Origin: Sedimentisphaerales bacterium
GTDB lineage: Bacteria; Planctomycetota; Phycisphaerae; Sedimentisphaerales; SM23-30
NCBI GenBank assembly: GCA_963666285.1
Contig: OY762711.1
Direction: 5' to 3' (one strand)
Length of the DNA: 64,000 bases
Shown: positions 39,390-48,038 of the stretch, piece after piece
Layout of the letters: every line of letters begins with the position of its first letter
Position numbering within the stretch: position 1 is the stretch's first letter
Program-made: the position numbers and the translations under genes
The notes under the pieces: model-generated
The model's database searches: none
Told to the model about the DNA's origin: nothing
Seen by the model: only the letters and a program-made list of their open reading frames with translations

Positions 39390-42300
39390 ATGAAAACATT
39401 TAAACATTTATCAGCATTACTAGTTATATTAACAACATTAGCAGGAACTGCCTGGAGCCAAACCATAGAACTTGGAATTTTTGACCAGTACAAATGGGAT
39501 CAGGCTAAAGTCATGGCAGATGCTGATACCGTGGGATTAGATACCTACCCCAACGCTGATACCATCATGATTTGTGACCATACTATAGATTATTATCAGC
39601 CGGATGCGACCTATGTAAGCTGGATGGACATGTATGAAAAAATACTTACCGAAAAAGGTAAACGCAGTAAACAGACCCTGACTCTGCCGTTCAATGAGAC
39701 ATATTCGACCTGGGAGGTATTACTCATCGAAATAATAAAACCAGACGGGACAGTTACTACCATAGATGCCGACAGTAATGGAAAGGTAATGATTGACAGG
39801 TCACAGATGTCAATGAATATTTACGATCCGGCTCAAAAAATCCTGCAAATCGGTATGCCCGGTGTAGAAATCGGTGATGTAGTGCACACTATAATCGCCA
39901 GGAATAATTACAAGCCGCGAGCCAAGGGCATATGGTGCACGCTGCAGGAATTTGAAAGTGATTCTCCGACACGCAATTTTGTCTACGAAATACACGAGCC
40001 AAGTGAACTGCCTCTTCAGCGAGTAGAAATAAAAGACCAGATTGAAAATACGGTAACATCCAGCACCAGAGAAGAAAATGGCCGAAAGGTCTACCGCTGG
40101 GAAGTAAAGAATGTCCCACAGATATTCGAAGAACCGGCGATGCCGGCATCACACACGGTAGCCCAGCGTCTGCTGGTCAGCACTGCCCCGGACTGGAAAG
40201 CCGTATCTAGCTGGTATTACAAACTTTGCGAACCTTTCCTGGCACCAAGTGACGAAATGAAGGCAAAAGTCACCGAGTTGATCGCAAACTGTACCACCGA
40301 CAAAGAAAAGACTGAGGCTATATTCAAATTTGTCTCACAGGAGATACGGTACCTGGGAATTATACCCGAAGGAGAAGATGAGGCACCGGGATATCAGCCT
40401 CATTACGTAACAAAAACGTTTGATAACCGACATGGCGTATGCCGGGATAAGGCTGCCTTGCTGGCATCAATGCTCAGACTGGCCGATTTGGAGGCATTCC
40501 CGGTATTGATCAATAACGGCCCCAAAATGGACATGGAAGTTCCTTTGCCGTATTTCAACCATGCGATTACCGGAATACTAAATGCTGATGGCAGCTATAC
40601 GCTAATGGACTCTACTGATGAGAACACAAAAGAGCTGTTTCCGGCATATCTGTGCGACAAGAGCTACCTGGTGGCCCGCCCGGACGGAGAAACATTGCAG
40701 GTCTCGGCAATAGTACCGGCAACAGAAAACCTGATGCTGGTTAATACAAAAGGAAAAATCACCTCAAAGGGTGACCTGGAAGCTCAATGCCACCTTGAGT
40801 TTAACGGCATAAATGACAACGCTTACCGCAGCTATTTCGCACGCAGCACCCCCGAACAGCGACGCCAATTCTTTGAATCTGTTATCAAAAGTGTTGTCGC
40901 AGGAGCAACCTTGAGCGATTGCGAGATTAAACCGGCAGATATGATGGACACATCCATGCCCCTGGAAGCAGATTTGACCTTTACCGCTGAAGATGTGCTG
41001 ATAGGTCAGAATGATACTATCATGGTACCGGCAATTAGTATGGACCGCAGTGTCGGTATGGCAAACTTTGTACTGCGCAACACCGGGCTGGAAAAACGCA
41101 GGTTCCCGATGCAGACAAGATATGCCTGCGGAGTTCGCCAGACACTGGAATTGGAGCTTGACCCGGCAATTGGCCAGGCACTATCGATCCCTCAATATGA
41201 TAAAATCGATGATGAGATAATTCTCCAGGAACGTAATTTCGATTTCAAAGATGGTAAACTCACAGGCAGCGGCACCTTCCTGATCAAATTAACCGAGGTA
41301 AGCCCTGAACAGTACCTGGTATTGAAAGATCATCTTCGAACAATGGAATATAATGATCGAAAAATGGCAATCTTTGCCAAGCCTTCTGATGAAGACACTG
41401 CTGAGGTAGTGTTCAAAAATATCGAGCATGTTTATAAGCTGACTGATGCCGGTAACTGGACCGAAACTGTTTCTGTAAAAAAACAGATCAAAACATATAA
41501 CGGACTAAAAGAGAATGCCGAGCTGAAATTTAATTTCAACGAAGGCTGGGAAACTATAGAACTGCTGTCAGCTAAAGTTACTACCGGTGAAAAAGTTAAG
41601 GAAATAACCAAAGACGAGATAAATCTTATGGATGCCGGATGGGTAGCCTCTGCCCCGCGTTACCCGGCATCAAAGACACTGGTAGCTTCGTTACCCGGAG
41701 TCGAGATCGGCAGTATAATCGAGTATAAATATCAAAGGACTGTCACAAATATGCCGTTTTTTGCGATGACAGAACTTTTTGCCGCCCAGGACCCGGTAGA
41801 ACATAAAATTGTAACGGTCCAGATTCCTGAAAAGCTCTCCCATCGCATAATTGTAGACAATAACGGAATAATGGAAGATGATAATGATGAAAAGGTTATT
41901 AATGAAACCAGCAATACAACCAACGGCATTCTGACTTATGTATTCGAAGCCGATAATCTTGAGCTGATACCGCGTGAAAATAATATGGCACCAAGCTACA
42001 GCTTTGGCCCGACAGTATTGCTTTCGACCGGTGACTGGGTAAAGTATGCCAGGGAACTAAAAAACAGGCTCTATAAGGCTTCTGCCGGCCAGAAAGAGGC
42101 AGAAAATAAGGCTAAGTCTATCGTTGGCAAGATAAAGAGTCGTTCGGATAAAGCTATCGCAATTCGAGATTTTGTTGTTAGAAATATCCGAAAAGTTGGA
42201 CCGGGACCTGGAGCAATTACAAATGATGCCATTACCGCGGCAGATACTACCCTGGCCGACGGGTACGGTAATTCAACCGATAACGCTATATTACTATACG

Positions 42301-43214
42301 TAATGTGCAAAGCCGCTAAACTTAAGCCTGAATTCATACTGGCCGGACGTACATACCAGATAGAATCTCTGCAAAAGACACAGCTGGATTATTCTGAAGC
42401 TTACCTGTTTGGAACAGTCCTGGTACGCGTAAAGATAGATGGCGACTATGTATATTTAAACGATAGTAACCAATATGATAAGCTTGGCGTAACCGGATTT
42501 GATGACTGCCCTATTATGGACCTGGATAATGGTAAAATAACCGAGCTGGATGTTGCCGACGACCTCGAAGACAGGTCATTCCGTCAATACGATATCGCGG
42601 TTAATTCTGATGGCAATGCCAACTTTAAAATATGTAACCGCATTCAGGGCAATAGTTTTGGAAGCCGGAAACGTATGTTTGCCGAGATGCCGCCGGAAAA
42701 GCGAGACCGCTATGTTCAGCAGCTGGTAGCTTCAGTCTCCCAGTCGGCTGCCCTGACCGAGCCGCTGGAAACAAAATACGACAGCTATCCCGGCATAGAA
42801 CAATTTGCGGTCACGGTTGATAAATACGCTGTGTGTGATGGTGATACAATATATTTTGAAGTACCAAACGCACTTGCCGTACTTGGACTGAGAACCGACA
42901 AGCATGAAACCCCATATTATATCGCAGGACCGGTAGAAAGCGATACCACCATAACAGTCAAGCTTCCGGAAGGATACTCCAAAATCCTTATGGCTCCTCC
43001 AGGCAAAGTTTGGCAGCTGCCGGACAATGCCGGTACTTTGACAAGCGAAGTAAGCTGTAATGACTCCGGCATCATGACTATCACCCAAAAAGTACGGTTG
43101 AACGAAGCTGTAGTCGATCCGGATCATTATGCAGAGCTTATGGAAATAAATCGACAGATAAGCCATAAAAACATGGAAATAATTCTTATTAAAAAATCTG
43201 ACTCATCAAATTAG
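39390..43214 (+). CDS. Secreted DUF3857/transglutaminase-like protein with two fused DUF3857-TGase modules
   Basis: Signal peptide; PGVEIGDVV and PGVEIGSIIEY (DUF3857); first TGase GVCRDKA/FNHAI/MDST; second TGase GNSTDNA is degenerate. Confidence 0.88.
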   Translation: MKTFKHLSALLVILTTLAGTAWSQTIELGIFDQYKWDQAKVMADADTVGLDTYPNADTIMICDHTIDYYQPDATYVSWMDMYEKILTEKGKRSKQTLTLPFNETYSTWEVLLIEIIKPDGTVTTIDADSNGKVMIDRSQMSMNIYDPAQKILQIGMPGVEIGDVVHTIIARNNYKPRAKGIWCTLQEFESDSPTRNFVYEIHEPSELPLQRVEIKDQIENTVTSSTREENGRKVYRWEVKNVPQIFEEPAMPASHTVAQRLLVSTAPDWKAVSSWYYKLCEPFLAPSDEMKAKVTELIANCTTDKEKTEAIFKFVSQEIRYLGIIPEGEDEAPGYQPHYVTKTFDNRHGVCRDKAALLASMLRLADLEAFPVLINNGPKMDMEVPLPYFNHAITGILNADGSYTLMDSTDENTKELFPAYLCDKSYLVARPDGETLQVSAIVPATENLMLVNTKGKITSKGDLEAQCHLEFNGINDNAYRSYFARSTPEQRRQFFESVIKSVVAGATLSDCEIKPADMMDTSMPLEADLTFTAEDVLIGQNDTIMVPAISMDRSVGMANFVLRNTGLEKRRFPMQTRYACGVRQTLELELDPAIGQALSIPQYDKIDDEIILQERNFDFKDGKLTGSGTFLIKLTEVSPEQYLVLKDHLRTMEYNDRKMAIFAKPSDEDTAEVVFKNIEHVYKLTDAGNWTETVSVKKQIKTYNGLKENAELKFNFNEGWETIELLSAKVTTGEKVKEITKDEINLMDAGWVASAPRYPASKTLVASLPGVEIGSIIEYKYQRTVTNMPFFAMTELFAAQDPVEHKIVTVQIPEKLSHRIIVDNNGIMEDDNDEKVINETSNTTNGILTYVFEADNLELIPRENNMAPSYSFGPTVLLSTGDWVKYARELKNRLYKASAGQKEAENKAKSIVGKIKSRSDKAIAIRDFVVRNIRKVGPGPGAITNDAITAADTTLADGYGNSTDNAILLYVMCKAAKLKPEFILAGRTYQIESLQKTQLDYSEAYLFGTVLVRVKIDGDYVYLNDSNQYDKLGVTGFDDCPIMDLDNGKITELDVADDLEDRSFRQYDIAVNSDGNANFKICNRIQGNSFGSRKRMFAEMPPEKRDRYVQQLVASVSQSAALTEPLETKYDSYPGIEQFAVTVDKYAVCDGDTIYFEVPNALAVLGLRTDKHETPYYIAGPVESDTTITVKLPEGYSKILMAPPGKVWQLPDNAGTLTSEVSCNDSGIMTITQKVRLNEAVVDPDHYAELMEINRQISHKNMEIILIKKSDSSN

Positions 43215-43246
43215 ATCGTGAAAAGAATCAAAATGTTACAAATAAC

Positions 43247-43275
43247 ACTCAAGCTGGCCATCGGTCAGTTTGAGT
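43247..43275. terminator. Hairpin between convergent TGase gene and marC (probable bidirectional terminator)
   Basis: ACTCAAGCTGGCC-ATC-GGTCAGTTTGAGT, 13-bp stem with 2 G-U pairs. Confidence 0.6.
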
Positions 43276-43278
43276 CTG

Positions 43279-43910
43279 TTATTGGTATGCCTCAATGGCA
43301 CCGGCAACTCCCGTTATAACCATCTGGACACCAATAACACCAAGAATTAGCCCCATAATACGCGTAATTACGCTTAGCCCGGTCTCGCCGAGATATTGGA
43401 CCAGACGCTCTCCGTATATGAAAAACATATATGTTATCCAGCATAATACTCCGAAGGCCGCGATAGTAATCAGCATCTCCACTATCCCTCCTGAAGCCGT
43501 ATAGTTCATGGTCGTTGTAATTGTACCCGGTTCGGCAAGAATAGGCATCGCCAGGGGAGATATTGCAATACTAAGCTTCGCCTCCAGGGACGACTGCTGA
43601 CCAGTACCCGGCTGATGGACCGGTGATTGCTCGCCATGCAGCATATGATAACCAATCAACACCACTAATCCGCCGCCCATAATCCGAAAAGCCGGTAGAG
43701 TAATACCAAACAAATGGAAAATCAACTTACCCATCAAGGCAAAAAAACAACTATAATAAACGTATAAATAAGGGATTTAGCAGCAATAGTTTTTCTAACC
43801 TGGCTTGAGTCATCAGAAGTCAATCCTAGAAAGATTGGTGTGTTTGCAATTGGATTCATTATTGCAAAAAATCCCATAAATACCGATAGAATATGCTGTA
43901 TTAACTCCAT
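43279..43910 (-). pseudogene. marC: MarC-family membrane protein, frameshifted in a homopolymer (A7 at 43741-43747 on +)
   Basis: ATG 43910 gives MELIQHILSVFMGFFAIMNPIANTPIFLGLT... and hits TGA just after the T run. One extra T restores VVFFALMGKLIFHLFGITLPAFRIMGG...SPLAMPILAEPGTI...RIMGLILGVIGVQM. Confidence 0.85.
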
Positions 43911-43949
43911 TGTTTTACTTTACTATAACATATTGTCTGAAAAATAGTT

Positions 43950-44321
43950 CTAGTCACCCACCAACGGCCTGACCTTCTCTACCTTAAAGTACACGGCACT
44001 GCCGGCTGTACCACATTCTTCATTATGTCTTTTACGCCTTCTCAAAGATTCGACAAATTCAGGATCATTATCCTCTTTTATCTTACTGAGATACAGCCGC
44101 TTTCCCTTATAACCATCTGCATCTTCAATAAACATATATGATGCCTGGGGATTAGCCTGCAAATTGGAATAACTCAGCCTGTTAGCCATTATCAGCACAA
44201 TAGTTTCGTCATCGACAACATGCGGGCGGGCATACAACGCCTGGTCAACTTCTCCATCTGAGTTAGAAGTCGCCAGTATCCCAATGCCTTTCAACGATTC
44301 AAAATATTCAGATAAATTCAT
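43950..44321 (-). CDS. Pyridoxamine 5'-phosphate oxidase-like FMN-binding split-barrel protein
   Basis: GILATSNSDGEVD..YARPHV, SYSNLQANPQASYMF, YKGKRLYL, VEKVRPL; AAGGA RBS. Confidence 0.8.
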   Translation of the reverse strand: MNLSEYFESLKGIGILATSNSDGEVDQALYARPHVVDDETIVLIMANRLSYSNLQANPQASYMFIEDADGYKGKRLYLSKIKEDNDPEFVESLRRRKRHNEECGTAGSAVYFKVEKVRPLVGD

Positions 44322-44497
44322 ACTGTTATTCCTTTACGAAATTCCATATTAACGGTTCATTACACTGTCCATTTTGATTGTAGAGCCAAACAAATGAATA
44401 TTTCCATTAGTTTTTAGAAATAATTCAGCATTACATAGACATGAATATTTGTCACCTTCTGTAAAATTCAGTAAAAAGATAAGGAATATTGTATAAT

Positions 44498-44703
44498 GGG
44501 CAGGAAGCCATATATCTGGTAGTAAACCTTAACCAGTAAGACGTACAGCTGTGGCGGGCCGTTCTTGCACAATAGCACTTCTTAGTAGCTGGCAATTTAA
44601 AAATAATATTTTCACTTTTTTCCCCACGCCTGGTGCTTCAACATGGGTTGTGGTCGCACATGTTATACTCCCGGCAGAGTTGATATATCCAGCTTCACTG
44701 CCC
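44498..44703 (-). ncRNA. Putative ~206-nt structured RNA immediately downstream of the DIP1984-family gene
   Basis: Ends pair: 5'-GGGCAG(U)GAAGCU(GG)AUAUAUC with GAUAUAU-GGCUUC-CUGCCC-3' (about 19 bp). Several nested internal stems; no credible ORF. Confidence 0.62.
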
Positions 44704-44709
44704 GTATCA

Positions 44710-45165
44710 TTACTTCAATTCAGTATGCCAGTTACATTCCTGTATTTTGCTGTCGAGCTGACGATACTCCTTGGCAACGTCATCGGCCATTTTTCGAATC
44801 TGGCTTATTTCTACATTTGGAACGTCTCGAATTTCTCGCTGGCTGTAACGGTCATTAGTAGGTGTCGCTTTGTCGGCAAGATTAGTTAAAATGAAATGAC
44901 GATAATTCAGCATATCCTTTTTGACGATGGCTTCCATCATACTCAAATCTTCGGTAACAAATGCAGCATTATTAGTTCTATTTATCCTGGCGACCAGCTG
45001 TTCAAACTTTACGCTCTCCTTTTTAAGCTCGGCAATCAACTCCAGTGGGTTTTCAATCGCCTGTGTACCCTCCTGGATTTTGGCATTCTGATATATACGC
45101 TTTTTCAACTCCTCCATTTTCGTCTTGATGGCCTTACGTTCAATCAAAGCTTCTGCTAATTTCAT
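44710..45165 (-). CDS. DIP1984-family helical/coiled-coil protein of unknown function
   Basis: Starts MKLAEALIERK (ATG 45165 preferred over track GTG 45204); NAKIQEG..IENP, RINRTN, RYSQREI, YRQLDSKIQECNWHTELK match the family pattern as I recall it. Confidence 0.82.
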   Translation of the reverse strand: MKLAEALIERKAIKTKMEELKKRIYQNAKIQEGTQAIENPLELIAELKKESVKFEQLVARINRTNNAAFVTEDLSMMEAIVKKDMLNYRHFILTNLADKATPTNDRYSQREIRDVPNVEISQIRKMADDVAKEYRQLDSKIQECNWHTELK

Positions 45166-45178
45166 ATAATCCGTGTTT

Positions 45179-45207
45179 TGCTCACGCAGAGCAAGGGCTC
45201 GCACCCT
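45179..45207 (-). promoter_or_regulatory. Tandem hairpins in the 5' leader of the DIP1984-family gene
   Basis: AGGGU-GCGA-GCCCU (GNRA tetraloop) directly followed by UGCUC-UGCGU-GAGCA, ending 13 nt before the ATG; a GC-rich patch in AT-rich DNA. Confidence 0.5.
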
Positions 45208-45514
45208 GATAAATGTTAATATTGAACCAAAAGTTTATCTGAAAAATCCTGATTAACCAGTAAAAAATTATTTCCACATTCAACTAATTCTAACAAAAAG
45301 AAAATGCTGTGTCAAACCATTCCTGCACTGCATTGGACGCAGGATTATGCCCCAACGTGATGCAAAAATCCAGTTCTACAGTAATTTTCCCTCGTTTTGA
45401 AAACTGAGATATAGGACAAGTGCTGATAACCTACCCTGTTTTACAAAAAATGCACCACTTGGCCTTATTCACTAGTCAAATATTCAATTTCTTAACCGCA
45501 CTGATATTATTGAG

Positions 45515-45548
45515 AAAGAAACCTGACATATACAATTCAGGTTTCTTT
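45515..45548 (-). terminator. Inverted repeat just after the PEP-CTERM gene stop
   Basis: AAAGAAACCTGA-N10-TCAGGTTTCTTT, perfect 12-bp stem. Confidence 0.65.
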
Positions 45549-45551
45549 ATT

Positions 45552-46349
45552 TTATACTTTAATTCTTTTTCTGATAAGTATTCCCCCTGCGGTCATCAAA
45601 ATAATACTCAGAGGCTCAGGTACAACATATGCTATTCCTCTAATATCGAGATCGGGGGCTTCGATTCTAGTACCAGGAATAGCAAGGCCGGTACTAACAT
45701 CTACCTCAACAAAAATATATTCCCTTTCTTTGTTATCATTGTTATAATCCGAGCCAAAAGCAAAAAGTCGACCATCAGGCGTAAAGGCAATGGAATATAC
45801 AGAAGTCAAAATAGGAACATTTGAATTACCAACTTGAAATGTCTCTCCTGTTTCAGTATCAATTGTAAAAATTTTACCTAATGCCGTTCCATATAATACT
45901 CCTGTTGGACTAAAGTCTAAACCTTGGCATCCTCCAGTATCTGTAAAATTAGAAATTTTACGAAATGTGCTATTTTCTAAATCTATTACTCCCAATTCGT
46001 GATTGGATTTGACTCTACATACAAAGAGTTCATTATTACTATTAAATGCCATAGCACGGATAGGATAATCTGCAAAATCGCTTAAATTAGTATAATATTG
46101 CGTATCTCCAGTATATGGGTCTATCTCGAAAAAGCCTTCATTATATGAATCACAATAATATTTCCCATTTGGGGCCTGAGCTAAAGAGTTCAAGCCAGGT
46201 GGTAAATCTGTTCGAACCTGAACTGCCTGACCAAGCTCAGTATCTATGCGTACAAACTCACCATCATAACTAACACCAATAAAAATTGACGCAAATCCAA
46301 GGTTGTATATCAACAATAAACTTAAAATAAAATACTTAACCATATTCAT
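45552..46349 (-). CDS. PEP-CTERM sorting-domain protein with beta-propeller-like repeats
   Basis: Signal peptide; blades SLAQAPNG, AMAFNSNN, GLDFSPTG, SIAFTPDG; C-terminus VPEPLSIILMTAGGILIRKRIKV. Start could be 46355, 46349 or 46343. Confidence 0.88.
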   Translation of the reverse strand: MNMVKYFILSLLLIYNLGFASIFIGVSYDGEFVRIDTELGQAVQVRTDLPPGLNSLAQAPNGKYYCDSYNEGFFEIDPYTGDTQYYTNLSDFADYPIRAMAFNSNNELFVCRVKSNHELGVIDLENSTFRKISNFTDTGGCQGLDFSPTGVLYGTALGKIFTIDTETGETFQVGNSNVPILTSVYSIAFTPDGRLFAFGSDYNNDNKEREYIFVEVDVSTGLAIPGTRIEAPDLDIRGIAYVVPEPLSIILMTAGGILIRKRIKV

Positions 46350-46809
46350 TCTCACTTCTCTTGAGAGTTAAATTCAATAAAAGCTGATTTCCTCTATATA
46401 AAGCATTATACCAAAGTATAATAGACTTTAAAATAAAGAATCTGAAGGGTAAACAAAATAGTCACGTTCCCTTTTTCTTAAAATTCGATACTACAAGCAT
46501 TTACACTTACCCTATGTGCCAGATTTCAGACATTGCTTCATACAAACATACTGTAATACAATTTGCTATATTAACATTAAATACCTGCCGCTACGCGGCT
46601 TTTCTTACCTGACACCTTCCTTTCAACATCCACCACATAATACCTCATACCAGTACAAACTAACCAGCGAAATATTGGGCAAAATGACATATAGACAAAT
46701 GGCTCTAAATATAGATAATTTAGTAAGAATTTTTTTTTAAGATTTTGTAACTTTATATACCAAAGTAAGTATAATATAAAAACACTTATTTGGCCGTGGA
46801 GTAAAACAA

Positions 46810-47187
46810 ATGGACTGCCCAGCATGTAAAAACCCTATGATGATACTTGAATTGCACCAGGTTGAAATTGACTTTTGCGATGAATGTGAAGGTATTTGGC
46901 TGGATGGCGGCGAACTGGAAATGCTCTTGAGTATGGCTGAAAGCTTTATTAAGCTCACCCCGGCTGAAAATACCAAAGAATCGCCCAGAAAATGCCCTAT
47001 TTGTTCAACAAAAATGAGCAAGGTAAATTTCGACACCGGCAGCACTCCAGTACTACTGGACAAATGCCCGGACGGTCATGGCATATGGTTTGACTCAGGC
47101 GAATTGAAAACTGTTGTAAAAAACGCCGGTGGTAAAAACCACCCGGTAGTGAAATTACTGGATGAAATGTTTGGATTGTCGGAATAA
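46810..47187 (+). CDS. Tandem zf-TFIIB-like zinc-ribbon protein
   Basis: CPAC...IDFCDECEGIWLDGGEL and CPIC...LDKCPDGHGIWFDSGEL; GGAG RBS. Confidence 0.88.
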   Translation: MDCPACKNPMMILELHQVEIDFCDECEGIWLDGGELEMLLSMAESFIKLTPAENTKESPRKCPICSTKMSKVNFDTGSTPVLLDKCPDGHGIWFDSGELKTVVKNAGGKNHPVVKLLDEMFGLSE

Positions 47188-47243
47188 TATGTGAATTTTT
47201 GAGAAATCTGACTAATTATAAATCTTAAGGAAGGCAGGTTAAT

Positions 47244-47801
47244 ATGATAGCTCTATACATTATTTTAGGCATAATTGTTGTTTTGATCTTTTTCGTCATT
47301 GGTATTTACAACTCACTTGTCGGGCTCAGAAATCAGGTCAAAAATGCATGGTCACAAATAGATGTACAGCTGAAACGCCGTTATGATCTAATCCCGAACC
47401 TGGTCGAAACTGCCAAGGCATATATGACCCATGAAAGAGGTACTTTTGAGGCTATTACGCGTGCCAGGGCTGGTGCCATGCAGGCTGAAGGTGTTGCTGA
47501 CAAGGCAAAAGCTGAAAATGCTCTAACCAGTGCTGTAGGTAACTTTATGCTGGCTGTTGAGGCATACCCTGACCTGAAAGCTAACCAAAACTTCATGATG
47601 GTACAGGAAGAATTGGGTTCTACTGAAAATAAAATTGCTTTTTCACGACAGGCTTACAATGACTCTGTTTTATTCTTCAATAATAAAATTGAAATGTTCC
47701 CGTCAAATGTCGTTGCCGGTATGTTTAACTTCAAACAGGCTGAAATGTTCGAGCTGGAAGAACCGGAAGCAAGAAATGCACCAAAGGTTGATTTTAGCTG
47801 A
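47244..47801 (+). CDS. lemA: LemA family protein
   Basis: N-terminal TM, YNSLV, AWSQIDVQLKRRYDLIPNLVE, EAYPDLKANQNF, TENKIAFSRQAYND, FPSNVVA. Confidence 0.96.
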   Translation: MIALYIILGIIVVLIFFVIGIYNSLVGLRNQVKNAWSQIDVQLKRRYDLIPNLVETAKAYMTHERGTFEAITRARAGAMQAEGVADKAKAENALTSAVGNFMLAVEAYPDLKANQNFMMVQEELGSTENKIAFSRQAYNDSVLFFNNKIEMFPSNVVAGMFNFKQAEMFELEEPEARNAPKVDFS

Positions 47802-47831
47802 TTATTATGCTTGATCTAAAAAAACATTAAA

Positions 47832-47992
47832 GGTAACCTCTGAAAATTGCTTTTGATGCGATAGATTAAGATTTTGTTTGCTGAAAAGGAATATAAAATC
47901 GTGCATATTGGGATATATTCACTGTTTTATATGACACATGTCTGCAGGCAAAAGAAAAACTTGTCGCTCAAAATGAATTTTCAGAGGGTGCC
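47832..47992. mobile_element. 161-bp MITE-like non-autonomous element
   Basis: Left end GGTAACCTCTGAAAATTGCTTTTGA versus right end reverse complement GGCACCCTCTGAAAATTCATTTTGA. Flanked by TAAA on both sides (47828-47831, 47993-47996); no ORF. Confidence 0.72.
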
Positions 47993-48038
47993 TAAATACA
48001 TAGAACAGTTAACCCTTTAAGACAAAATAATTATACCT

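Noticed and set aside
44498..44703. Reading the terminal inverted repeat as a MITE or simple terminator
   Set aside because: Arms are bulged and include G-U pairs that work on the minus-strand RNA, there is no target duplication or U-tract, and the interior is multi-stem. Not fully excluded without a genome-wide search.
44551..44889. Plus-strand ORFs of 112 aa and 71 aa across the DIP1984 3' region
   Set aside because: Antisense to a recognisable gene, no RBS or motifs; the region is better explained as structured RNA.
45194..45207. tRNA T-arm-like GGGTGCGAGCCC
   Set aside because: No cloverleaf, anticodon arm or acceptor stem around it.
45310..45370. TCCTGC/GCAGGA inverted repeat in the intergenic region
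   Set aside because: Only a 6-bp stem with no supporting context.
46443..46477. AAAATAGTCACGTTCCCTTTTT resembling REP-like words near tyrosine transposases
   Set aside because: Single copy, no transposase in the window; resemblance is from memory only.
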